From NCBI RefSeq assembly GCF_026571515.1, contig NW_026856698.1:310001-374000 (forward strand): DNA of 64,000 bases, read 5' to 3'. Every line of letters begins with the position of its first letter. Position 1 is the stretch's first letter. The position numbers and the translations under genes are program-made. Shown here piece by piece: positions 1-11,590 of this stretch. Origin of the DNA: Ruditapes philippinarum. Lineage: Eukaryota. A model generated the notes under the pieces. The model worked only from the letters and a program-made list of their open reading frames with translations, searched no databases and was not told the origin of the DNA.

Positions 1-187
1 TGGAAGTATAATCTATAATGTCCTATAAATGGATGATGTCTCTATCTGGAAATATCCTTGATTTTTCTATAATGTGATATTCTGTTTACATATTTACAAA
101 GTTTGTCATCAGGAATGTCCTATGAAAGGAATGTGTATTTTGTGGTATTGTATGAAGCACAATGATGTATATTTATATAGTACAGAT

Positions 188-314
188 CTATAAGTCGGAC
201 TCATCCATTCCTTGTGTCTCCCGTGTCAACTTGACTGTTGTCTGTACCTGGTATGTTCTTGTTCCCTCATCTACATCTATACCTCGCTCCTGACTTGGTG
301 TTCTCTCCATACGA
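188..314 (-). CDS. Gene 1, terminal coding exon 5 ending ...GMDESDL*
   Basis: tttccag acceptor, phase 2. (D)RMERTPSQERGIDVDEGTRTYQVQTTVKLTRETQGMDESDL then TAG at 190-188. Confidence 0.8.
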
Positions 315-913
315 CTGGAAATTTTAATAAAATCAAGTCTTCAAAATAGAATTCCATTTCAACAAAGTTTTCTAAATGGTACATCAATGTTATCTATACT
401 AGACATGAGTCTTACAGGAAATGGATGCCCCTATATTCCTATAATTTGTCAGACTATGGACAGACAACACGACATACAAAGAAAGATCTACATAAATAAT
501 GGCAGCATTTACATGTATACTGTGGTAAATAATTATTTTTATGTTGATAAAACAATATAGAACAATCTGGATAGTGGTTATAATAACACAAATGTACAGG
601 GCTAATAATTTTTAAATATTTAGAAATAAAATCTACATTACCTTTGATATAAGTATCATGTACTTAATGTAACAAGTTATCTTTAACAAGTTTGTAATAT
701 TGTTAACTATACAAAATGACTTGTACACTGAAATGACCTGATGTTGTTAATTATATAATGTCCAATATGAAAAGAATATCAAATACATAATTTTCATTGC
801 AGAATTTCTTTTTAATTTGCTAAAAGATTACACTATACACAAATGACAAGGAAGTCTAAAGTATCTCAACATTATGTTAAAATACCATACAGAAAAAGGA
901 AACCAAATCATAC

Positions 914-1334
914 TCATAGCTTTCAGCTTCAGCCTGTTTCCTGAGCTCAGCTCGCCTTCTGTCTTCTTCAAATCTTCTTCTCTTATCTTCTTCATACCTC
1001 CTTCTTGCCTCAGCCCTACGACGATCATCATCAGGTCCTCGAGGAGGTCTAGGACGGTTTGGATCACCAGGAGGTCTTCTGCCCCGTTCTCCTTCCCTTG
1101 GTGGTGGTGGACGGCGATCTCCATCCCTTCTCGGTGGCCGGTCGCCCCTTGCCTATCACCCCTGGGTCTATCACCTGGGCCACGACCATCCCTCTGGTCC
1201 CTACTCATTTCTCTGTCACGTTCACGTCGTTTTTCATCGTCATAGGTCCGACGACCATTGTCGTCATTGTAACCACGGTTATCATAGCCACGATTCTTGC
1301 TATAATCACCCCGGTTACCTTTGTCATTTACTCC
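914..1334 (-). CDS. Gene 1, coding exon 4: R/D/G/P-rich low-complexity tail with an apparent 1-bp frameshift at 1145-1148
   Basis: ttttcag acceptor, GVNDKGNRGDYSKNRGYDNRGYNDD...GDRQG. Adding one G to the G4 run continues GDRPPRRDGDRRPPPPREGERGRRPPGDPNRPRPPRGPDDDRRRAEARRRYEEDKRRRFEEDRRRAELRKQAEAESY to a phase-2 GTATGA donor. GC-rich compared with the flanks. Confidence 0.8.
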
Positions 1335-2786
1335 CTGAAAACATGAAAAACACTCAACAATTAGTATCTTACTCAGGGATAGAAGGTCTGGAGGTGGGAA
1401 TACAGGACTACTTTGTTTGTGTATGATAACCATGGTTACGATGTACTGGGGGTCAAGGTCAAATATTTCAACTTTCCTGTACTCAATCTCCTGGACTTCT
1501 CTCCCTGGTAAGGCAAACAAAGTTCTACACTACCACTACTCTCAAAACTTTAACCACTTGTTATGACTATATGCTTAAACATGTTACGTATTATAACAAA
1601 TAAAATATGTTACAGAAACCACTTCAGGTTTTTAATTTGCATTTTTATTTATATCACAAATTACTGTAGGAAACTACATCTTAAAGTAACAATATAAAAT
1701 ACAACAAAGCATCTACTTTAAAGTCAATCATGTGCTCATGGGAGTACAGGAAGCAAGCAATAAGCCTTATGTGTTTAAGTCTCATGGCCAGCCAAATGGA
1801 CTATTTAGAATTCATGTACTGTTTTTGTACTGAATTTTTATCATCATTTTTACATGGTATGAAGAGTTAAGGCATAATTTTCTTCTGCTTCAAATTGAGT
1901 TAAAGTATAAGTGGACCCCTTTCATTGTAGGACAATGTAGACTTCTAGGACATATGAATATGACAAATAATTAGTACTATTTGTGGGCTACTGGACACTC
2001 TTAAGAGTGTGCGTTTCTTACTTTTTGCCTATCTTGTTTATTATGTTTAACTACTTGCAACACTCTGTATACTCTTTATGGGCAAATAATAAATCTAATA
2101 ATCTACATCTTCACCAAAATTAAATAAACCAAAGAAAATACCTGAAGTAGGGTTCCCAAAAAATAAGATGGTTCAACATTAACATGCATCTTAATTAAAC
2201 AAGCATTAACAATTATTGAGCAAATCTAAAACAAATATGTGAGTAAAACACAAAACTTGAAAGCCATGCCATAACAACAAAAATGATACATGCCAAAAAC
2301 ATATTGTCCTACATAGTAAAGCCTACACCATAATAAGGGAAATTGTCATATTCCAAGTGGTTAAAGAATTGATTGGTGCATATATACAACCAAATTTTAC
2401 AACAGGTAAAAACAAGCATAACATAGAACATAATTAGGGTATTTTACTCAACCATAAGTAAAGTCTTAAAATGTTAGTAATTTAATCTTATAATATACTA
2501 TCAATTAAAAACAGTTTGTGTGGAATGCTGAATAAGCAATTTTTTTTATTTTATGTTTTTACATTCATATATCAAATGATACCAAAAACATAAATACTGA
2601 AAGCTAAATAAAACAAAGATTGTTTAACTAATAATTTCTAAGATTTAGACATATTATATGATTGTATAGATATAATATTTAATTTGTTGTTGCTGTTGTT
2701 GATATAGTCATCAATCTTATGGCTGAGTACTCAAACTTGCATGATATTCTCTAGCATTTCTACAATGATGAAAAACATGAAATCAG

Positions 2787-3033
2787 TTTGTATGGTTATT
2801 TTTTAAGGCCAATTTTTAACAAATATTTGGTCACATCTCAGTTTTCAATCCACCTAACCAGCTTTCTGGATAACTAACCAGTAATTACCTATTTCTCCTC
2901 AACAAATCAGCTACTTATTCAACAAAATTACACACAATGGTCAGCAGACTCAATGACCTAAATCTATTGTCTGGGAGCAACAAATATCCCCTGGATTACA
3001 AATCAAATTCCCGCTCTATTGAGCTAAGCAGGT
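2787..3033 (-). mobile_element. Degenerate tRNA-derived SINE, same family as 18400-18652
   Basis: Shares GATAACTAACCAG, TCAGCAG..AATGACCT and the (G/A)CTAAGC head region with the 18.4-kb copy. Confidence 0.5.
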
Positions 3034-3038
3034 ACACA

Positions 3039-3160
3039 TGAAATCAGAGTTTCACTCTTACATAATATCAGAGTTTCACTTTTCTATAGAATCAGAGTTT
3101 TACTTTTCCATAAAATCAGAGTTTCAGTCTTACATGAAATTAAAGTTTCACTCTTACATG
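3039..3160. repeat. Minisatellite, ~5 copies of a ~25-27-bp unit (AAATCAGAGTTTCACTCTTACAT core)
   Basis: Imperfect tandem copies are directly visible. Confidence 0.8.
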
Positions 3161-5783
3161 ATTTTCTGAAAGATATACTTACAAATTTCATTTGCATCTC
3201 AAAAGCTACAATTTTGCTAAGCAAATATCAACACAGGCCTTGCAATAATTATATGTAAATTATCAATTCAGAAACTGGATATTAATTGCATATTTAATTA
3301 AGTATTATCATTTTGTAAAGAGATGTCTGAAATAGTTCTAGGATATTACAACATACATTTTTTTGTCTTTGGTTATGTACTGTTATTACATAGATATATT
3401 ATAATGTAAATGATGTGTACATGAGATGAAAGGAAAACAACAGGGACTGGGATAAGCTATTGACAGTGCAGAATACTAGAGAATATATGACACAGAAATA
3501 ACAAGATTACTAACATATTCATGCGAAATGTTTAGATTGGAATATAAGTCAGGATAAAATGAGCTTCAGAACTTAATCAAAATAAGGTTCAATGCCATTT
3601 TTACTGTTCAAAAACAAGTATTCAAATTTAATATAAAACTTAACTCTTTTTGAAAATATCAAATTCAACATTCCACCTATTTCATGTGAATAAAATTCAA
3701 CAAGACTGAATGTTGTAATTTAATAAGATGCAAAAGTACCCTTTCCATATAGTGTCAGTTTATATGTGTACAGAAAGAATGATCCAAAAAAAATGCATAG
3801 CAATACTGATACTATAAACTCATGAATCTGGTACTAATCGACTGAAGACTATCAAATGAAACTTACATGAAATGAGGTAACATTTTTCAAAATTGCGCTT
3901 GCTTTGATTAAAACATAAAACCTTATTTTCTTTAGACCAGAACGATTCTGAAAAACATGTCCGTATGTTAATGTTAAAACTAAGAAAACCCCCAAAAAGA
4001 ACCACACCAAGAAACCAAACCACTGGGTTTGGCCAACAGAAATAAAGATCAAAAGAGACTCCAACTGACACCACTCCTGCATATAGATTTATAAATAAAA
4101 GCATTCTAAATTAAAAGCATGAGCATTATCTGCTTCTTGAATAAATTCCCTTTTTATCCCAATGCCACTGAATATTTCCTCTATTTTCTAAATAAATACA
4201 TTTGTTAAAGAAACAAGTACCACTGCCTTTGAAATATTTTTCTAATTAATTTTTGTTTTTAATTGAACATTATACCCATCCTAAAATAAAATACCTTTAT
4301 CTTGTGAAATTTAAAATTGTTTTACAATTTCTGAAGATTCAAACAAGACACTGGCATATCACGTAAAAATGGTAGCCTGCAATTACCCTGACTCTATAAT
4401 TATGTGTGGCAAATATGTCCCAAGTTTGATTCAAGCATTGGATAAATCGATAATTTTTCTTTTACATTTATTTTCATGTATTAGGTAAATGATTCTTCTA
4501 AAATGATATTCAAGCTTAATGCATGTTGTACCTATAAATGAAGACATCAGCAGCTAAGCATTTATCTATAAAACATGCATTATATAGAGGGAGTCACACA
4601 TAAGACTTACTACAGGCCGATTTTTCAATTTTATTTATACTTATAGATTTTAGAACTTGACTTGCATGAAACAAATTTTAAATTTTGAAACCCTTACCAT
4701 TGAAAAAAAAACTCCAAAAAGATTCTGTTCAAAGTTAAGAGATAGTGTGACTCCCTGATAGTTTAGACTAAGACATAGTGTACCATAGTCCCCTGCCACT
4801 ATTGCTATAAGAAACACCTGACCTACTACCCTACACTGCAAAACTACCAAACTACCAAAAAATTGAAAATGCAATAAGGGAAAGGCAAAATTACGCTTAG
4901 CATTTGAGTAGGGTTTACCAAATACAAGAAATATTTAAAGCATTTTTATTGTGAATATGGTACATAAAGACAATTACGTGAATGTATTGGTAACAATGTA
5001 ATATAATATTATAATAATAAATTTTTTTAGATATGATAAAATACAATTATCTTTTAAGTAACTGTCTCTTTTGATTAAAATTTAGTAACCATGGAAATCA
5101 AAATTTAATTAATTCAAACACTGTATTAGAAACACACTTAAATCTTTAATACACTCAAACGTGTTTTAATTTAAAAATTCACTTCAGTATAAAATGTCTG
5201 TGTTAAAATGATTTTTTTGAACATCTGTTTAGAAATTTCTTTGCTATAATGCAAGCTTTATTGAGTAAGTAACATGCATTTAAAGAGGAGACAGACCAAA
5301 GATTTGCACAATAAATCTGATATATCGTCAATTAGCCGGTCTTGTCCAGCTCTAAATTTAGTACTATCCATTGTCATACATTCCAACAGCCAGGGTCAGC
5401 AAAGACTGTATGGATATTATATATACTAGAAATCGTAGTATTATAACATCTTTATCATCAAACATATTCCAAATATTTCAAAATGTGGGATCAAGCCATT
5501 TAACATCTTTTAACCAAGTTTAACAAAAAATGCAGTTTCTGGTAAATTTGTTTGCTTCACACAAAATTCAAGTTATTAGATTTCACCATTTAAATTCAAA
5601 ACAGACATAGTAAAGACGTTATCGTGATGATTACAGGTTTCTGTGCTACTACTGCCATAGAAAAATCACTATCTCTGCCAATGTTCTAATTTTCTTCTAG
5701 CTAAATTGTGTTATTAGCAGATGAAGAGAGATATTAAAATATTGTGCAAGCCTTAAGTTTATCACTGACTCTTTCATACTTAC

Positions 5784-5838
5784 AGGTCGGCCTGGATGTC
5801 TGACATTATGTGGTGTAGTTCCAGATTTTAACTCTGTC
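5784..5838 (-). CDS. Gene 1, coding exon 3
   Basis: tttgcag acceptor, (K)TELKSGTTPHNVRHPGRP, GTAAGT donor. Phase 2 in, phase 0 out. Confidence 0.8.
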
Positions 5839-5991
5839 CTGCAAATATAAATATCTTGATGTTAGAGGAGTTGACATTACTGACAAAGAAAACTCTCTAA
5901 AAAACCCTGGAGTAAACTTTTGACCATTGACATGTATGACCATACAGCAAACAGACTCAATGTATCAATGTATAAATTCTTTATTAGAATA

Positions 5992-6713
5992 CCGTATAAG
6001 TACTTATATCTGCGGGCTTAATATTCTGCGACTTTTATTAAAATAAGTTGTTTTAAATTTCTGCGTATCTTATTTCTGCAGTGTCATCATTCTCGCATTG
6101 ATGTTTTTTATTTCTGCGTTTTAATTTAGATATTTTTACAAAATTAACCGATACAAACAGAGAACATTTCAAGATTTGTTGATGTAACATGTATTTTACT
6201 TCCGGTAAATGCAGGCGACATCTAATGTGTTTCTTCGTAATCATCATGAATCGGTATATAAACGTTTATAAACAAAAATCAACAACGTGCAATGACAACA
6301 ATTTAATGTTATACTGCATGTGTATAAATATGAAGTGTGAAAAATAAACAATGGTAAAATCGCACGTAGACACAAGATATTGTACAAGTACAAAACGGTA
6401 TGTTTATTGCACCCGTCAAACTATAATAGTTTTATTTTACAAAAAAAAACAAACTTCGGGTGAGCGAAAAATCATACAAACATGATATTTTTTTAAACAA
6501 AAAGAACAAGTAAAGTAACTTTTTTTCTAATATTTTATTTTTTCCTATCTACAAAACCGATAACGGTACATGGTAATGTAATTATACAATACTGGTAGTT
6601 GATATATTCCAACATAGACATAGGGAAAGGCTTAATTTTCTGCGGTTTTAAAATCGTGGTGTCGTTATGAACCGCAGAAATAAAGTTCCTGCAGAAAAAA
6701 AGTACTTATACGG
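5992..6713. mobile_element. Tc1/mariner-superfamily (pogo/Tigger-like) MITE
   Basis: TIR CCGTATAAGTACTT...AAGTACTTATACGG flanked by TA on both sides. Subterminal TTCTGCG/CGCAGAA repeats; no ORF. Confidence 0.8.
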
Positions 6714-7390
6714 TATTTCAGTCACCAGGAATGTTCCATTGAACATCATTCAATTTTCCTCTCTGCTATGTATCTATAATCTATGTTCACTAAATGCCAG
6801 TCATTTTACACCTTATATAAACAGAGGCCTATAAAGGGCCTCTTCCCAATAGGAATTTTCTTTAAAATTATGCTGTTTTCCCAAAAGTCCAAAGTTACAC
6901 CTGTAATGCTTTTACTTCCCACTACAGCAATATTAGCGAAAATTCTTTCCAAAATCAAAAGGCTAATGCTTTTTCCCAATAAAGTGAGAAAAATCACTGA
7001 ATGTTTTCAAAGAATAAAATCAGAAATAATTAAGACAATGTTAATCATATTTTTTAGAACTGGCTCAAAATACAATCAATTTAATATGTTTCAATTGTGA
7101 TCAGTTAACCATGGAATAACCTGATATATGACATCATGAATAACATGATTTTTCCTTCTTCAATCATTAAATACTTAAACAGTAGGCCATTTTTTTCACA
7201 AAATAGCATTAATCATTTACTAATTCCATATTTTTAACCATTACATTTGAAAAATATCATTTATGGTGAGAAATGATCCAGAATCAAAATGGATATACCT
7301 ATTATTTACATCAATAATGATCATGATATCATTTCTTAGTAAAGTAAAAAAAAAACTGTACTTGCGCCTTTGCTTGTTTTGTTCACTTAC

Positions 7391-7461
7391 TTCTTTTGAT
7401 CATCATAATTGAGCTTGCTCTTGTGGACCACAGCAACACCGTAGTCTCCGATTGGTCGAAA
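7391..7461 (-). CDS. Gene 1, coding exon 2
   Basis: tttcag acceptor, FRPIGDYGVAVVHKSKLNYDDQK, GTAAGT donor. Phase 0 in and phase 2 out, matching the neighbouring exons. Confidence 0.85.
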
Positions 7462-7783
7462 CTGAAATTATTTGTACATCAATGATCATGAGAAAATTTA
7501 CAAAGATAAATTTTGAAGTAAACAAGTATTTTAATGGTTATTTGACAAAATATCTATGCTAAAAACCTATGTTACTATATAGACCTTATAATATAATAAA
7601 GCCATTTCAATTGAACATAAGTGAAGTATAACATTTTAAATTGTCATTATAAAAGACAGTAAGATAACAGTGAAATTCTGAAATTTCAAGTGTCAACACC
7701 AAACAGCAAAGACACTGGTGAATTTATGGATAAAAAAACAAACATTAAGCCAAGTTAGTTTAAAGCGAGATTCTGCCCCAGAA

Positions 7784-8531
7784 CAGGGTCTTTCAAATAG
7801 AATGGTCTGGAAACACGCTCTGTAAACCCTTCTCGCTGCAATTAAACCTGTCTCGGTATAACTCGATATAATTTGCTATACGCAAACTATGTAAGTGTTC
7901 AAGAAAAGGGCGAATATTAAATACAAGAACAAAAATGAAAATTTTAACGACATGATGTTATTTAAAAATCTTTAAACTTGTGAAAAAAGGATAAATATTT
8001 CAGAAAATAATGTTTTTAAAGCCATATTTGTTGAAAAACATAGATTGCTTGTCCAGAATATTTGCCGATAAACGGCGCCATTTTGAAAATGCATCAAAGT
8101 AAAAATCAAATATTTGCAAAAAAACATCGTGAAATATTATAATATTTTTACATGACACCATTTAATAACATCTATTCTCTGTAAAATCAATTTTTATTTT
8201 GTCATTGAACAATGCATAAATTTAAAAAAGCTCATGAAGCATGTACCTATTTTCAAATATGAGCAGTAGATTTTTCTTTGACACCGGGAACGAAAAATGC
8301 TTAATTTCATTGCAAATCTATAAAATTGTTACTTTTAAAGAAAAAATGATAATATAATGTAGTCAGAGTTAGTTTTCAGTATTTTTTGATTGATTTAACA
8401 AAACATTATCTTAAAATTTGATTTTTGAATGGTGATGTGCTATGCCAGATCACGGTCGGTTGATAACCCACCGAGACAGCTTTTTTCGTAAAATTGGTAT
8501 GTCTCAAGACCATTCTATTTGAAAGACCCTG
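7784..8531. mobile_element. Non-autonomous DNA transposon (hAT- or P-like)
   Basis: 25-bp perfect TIR CAGGGTCTTTCAAATAGAATGGTCT / AGACCATTCTATTTGAAAGACCCTG. Target duplication (C)CCCAGAA of 7-8 bp. Confidence 0.85.
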
Positions 8532-8701
8532 CCCAGAACGAAAATATCTCAGAGTCAGAATCAAGCTTTGGCACGTCAATATATTTTGACTAGGCTTCGG
8601 CTTGCCTGGCTTTAGACTACATGTATGTATTACCTTGGTACCCTTTCCTACAACAGCTTGAACAGGTAAATATATAAATATGAGAACAATCATATACGTA
8701 C

Positions 8702-9055
8702 AGCAAGGTCTTTTCTGTATTGATTGGTCCTTCGTTTGGCTATCAGTAACAAAAATGTGGCTACAGCACAACTAAGTAAAAACATGATGATAAAGAATGG
8801 ACCCAGGAACTGGTCATCCCAAGACACCAGGTATACATGTCTATGGCGAAGTGTGATCACAAGAATACCCACAATCATACATATAAAACCAAAACCAAAA
8901 AACCCAAATGCAAATCTACTGAGCGTATATCCGGGGCCGATCGTAACCCCGTTTAGTTCCCCCTGTATACGTCCTTGAAGAAACTCATGATAGGCGACAA
9001 CTGTATCCTTGTCAATTTCGCGCTCTTTGCGCGGTCTGCCAGTTTTAGGCTTCAT
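8702..9055 (-). CDS. Gene 1, coding exon 1: uncharacterised two-TM membrane protein, N-terminus and both TM helices
   Basis: ATG at 9055. 118 codons MKPKTGRPRKERE...FAFGFFGFGFICMIVGILVITL...QFLGPFFIIMFLLSCAVATFLLLIAKRR...KDLA, ending at a phase-0 GTACGT donor. Two hydrophobic helices with GP at the start of TM2, an architecture reminiscent of PIRT/TMEM100/TMEM200-type proteins (family not established). Confidence 0.85.
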
Positions 9056-9125
9056 ATTGTCATCTCATATTTAAAGGAACTAAAATTAACGAAAAAATGG
9101 TGGACAAATTTCAATTTTGAGTGTC

Positions 9126-9158
9126 CACTTCCGTATTTTGAGTCATAACGCATGCGCA
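9126..9158 (-). promoter_or_regulatory. Candidate proximal promoter of gene 1: ETS, AP-1 and NRF1-like motifs
   Basis: CACTTCCG (ETS), TGAGTCA (AP-1) and CGCATGCGCA (NRF1-like) cluster 70-100 bp upstream of the ATG. Confidence 0.45.
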
Positions 9159-9329
9159 CCTGTAATTTACCTGAGTTTACCTGTGCGGAGTCTAAACTCC
9201 GTGTGTCAGAACGCCGTACCTGGGACATTCAAAGGCCGTACTATAACCGTATATATTGAATATCCTTTGATTCAATTGACCTACCATTTTTTTGGAGGGC
9301 GCTAAATAAATAAATAAATAAATATTTTT

Positions 9330-9479
9330 TTTTGTTTTAGATTCATCGTCGTATAATGGTTGGACAGGCTGTTTACTTAGAATATTAAGCGAGATACCCG
9401 AGTGATCAGAAAATTCATTCGGTTGTAAAACCTGAAAATCTGTGACGCAATCAAAATAAAAAAGAAAGTTAAAATTCTT
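9330..9479 (-). mobile_element. LINE (L2/CR1-type) endonuclease-domain remnant next to the gap
   Basis: Translates DCVTDFQVLQPNEFSDHSGISLNI, which resembles the terminal SDH motif of APE-type LINE endonucleases. Confidence 0.45.
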
Positions 9480-9759
9480 NNNNNNNNNNNNNNNNNNNNN
9501 NNNNNNNNNNNNNNNNNNNNNNNNNNNNNNNNNNNNNNNNNNNNNNNNNNNNNNNNNNNNNNNNNNNNNNNNNNNNNNNNNNNNNNNNNNNNNNNNNNNN
9601 NNNNNNNNNNNNNNNNNNNNNNNNNNNNNNNNNNNNNNNNNNNNNNNNNNNNNNNNNNNNNNNNNNNNNNNNNNNNNNNNNNNNNNNNNNNNNNNNNNNN
9701 NNNNNNNNNNNNNNNNNNNNNNNNNNNNNNNNNNNNNNNNNNNNNNNNNNNNNNNNNNN
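9480..9759. other. Assembly gap (N run)
   Basis: 280 N bases. Confidence 1.
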
Positions 9760-10237
9760 ATATGCATGGTTAATTAGCATTTAACTGTGTCAACAATCCT
9801 TTTTCGAATGGATGTAAAAAGTAGAAATGAACAAACCAGTGAACCAGCGTAAACAAAAATCTTTCGAATGCTTTCAGTAGGTTTTTAGTTTTGAAGGTAC
9901 AGAAAGCAGAACACTGTTTCGCTGGACACGGTTACACGCGCTAAAACGCCCACTAGCACCTATATAATGATTTAAAACCGCACGTTATCAAATGAGTGGA
10001 TACAGTTTAGAAAAGTGTAAAACATTAAGAAATATATCAATATTCATAATTCATTATTCAAGTAATACATATGATATTATACATCGGGTTATATAATTTT
10101 ATTAACTGTATTCATCAGTTTATGTCTACCCCGTTACTTACGAAAAATACGGTATTTGTAAGCATTTTTTAAGACATTCACGGCAATTGATGTAGATTAT
10201 TAATGCATTGATCAATCATAGATTACCTTATTTGTAT

Positions 10238-11590
10238 CATAGGTAATCGGCGCGTTGATTGGTCACTACCCCCCGCACCCCCCCTCCCCCCCCACACCCA
10301 CTCTACAGCCCTCCTACCTCTCAAAACCATGTAAAATACAGTATTTCATTTGAAACATGTTTTAATATTTGGTTTATGCTTTTAATTCAATAACCTTCAT
10401 TTCCTACAAAAAATAAAAAATTGATACATATATATTTAGTAAAGGTATGCAACTCGCCGCTCAATTTCAGCACTCATCTTAATATGAACTCCATAACTTT
10501 TCAACATTTTTTCACCAATTTTCAATATTTTGGGTACCAAAATGGTAGGGAATTGATTACTCTTAAAGGAATTAAAGTTGTCATTACAATCATTTCAAGT
10601 TATAAGAAGATGTTAATCTCGAAGTCACCATAAGTGTAACTCGACAGTGATCTGACCGCTGGTTTTCTTCAAAATTACCCGAACTAAACGGCAGTTTATT
10701 CGAAATGAATGCATATTTCATTGTATTGCGCATATAAATATGATCAAATCATATTATTAGTTTGTAATAACTGTTCATCAAACAGCTTATAAAACTATAA
10801 CAAACCTTTTTTCCTATATGTTAAAAATTCCAAAAATTATAATGCAAGTAATGAGTTCTACAGAGTGCTCTCCCCTTCATTTTTTTTACGGAGTATTTTC
10901 ATTGGTCTAAGGTTTTCATACGACCAATGAAAATACTCCATACGAATGCTTCCGTTTATACATGTGTACTTTCATTTTGGATTGGAGAATTTGGCATATC
11001 GGAAAAAAGGTTTGTTATAGTTTTATAAGCTGTTTTGATTGAACATTTATTACAAATAATAATATGATTTGATCATATTATATGCGCAATACAATGAAAT
11101 ATGCATTCATTTCGAATAAACTGCCGTTTAGTCGGGTAATTTTTGAAGAAAACCCAGCGGTCAGATCACTGTCGAGTTACTACTTATGGTGACTTCGAGA
11201 TTACACATCTTCTTGTATAACTTGAAATGATTGTAATGACAACTTTAATTCCTTTAAGAGTAATCAATTCCCCTACCATTTGGTACCAAAATATTGAAAA
11301 TTGGTGAAAAAATGTTGAAGTTATGGAGTTCATATTAAGATGAGTGCTGAAAAATTGAGCGGCGAGTTGCATACCTTTACTAAATATATATGTATCAATT
11401 TTTTATTTTTTGTAGGAAATGAAGGTTATTGAATTAAAAGCATAAACCAAATATTAAAAACATGTTTCAAATGAAAAAATACTGTATTTTACATGGTTTT
11501 GAGAGGTAGGAGGGCTGTAAGTTGGGTGTGGGGGTGAGGGGGGAGGGGGGTGCGGGGGGTAGTGACCAATCAACGCGCCGATTACCTATG
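10238..11590. mobile_element. hAT-type foldback non-autonomous element with ~580-bp inverted arms
   Basis: Termini CATAGGTAATCGGCGCGTTG...CAACGCGCCGATTACCTATG. Arms ~10238-10820 and ~10995-11590. The 8-bp flanks ATTTGTAT / ATTTGTAA match at 7 of 8 positions. Confidence 0.8.

Noticed and set aside
828-1520. 230-aa ORF as a single-exon gene, and antisense ORFs 874-1245 and 1059-1346
   Set aside because: The ORF runs through intron sequence and changes character at the G4 frameshift. The plus-strand ORFs are shadows of the low-complexity exon.
9192-9780. ORFs spanning X runs
   Set aside because: Artefacts of the N gap.
9915-9957. Possible Helitron 3' end (...ACGCCCACTAG)
   Set aside because: No clear hairpin or A/T insertion context, and the 5' part is lost in the gap.
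10421-11372. Pair of similar ORFs on opposite strands (STHLNMNSIT...)
   Set aside because: Mirror translations of the foldback arms, with frames broken by indels.
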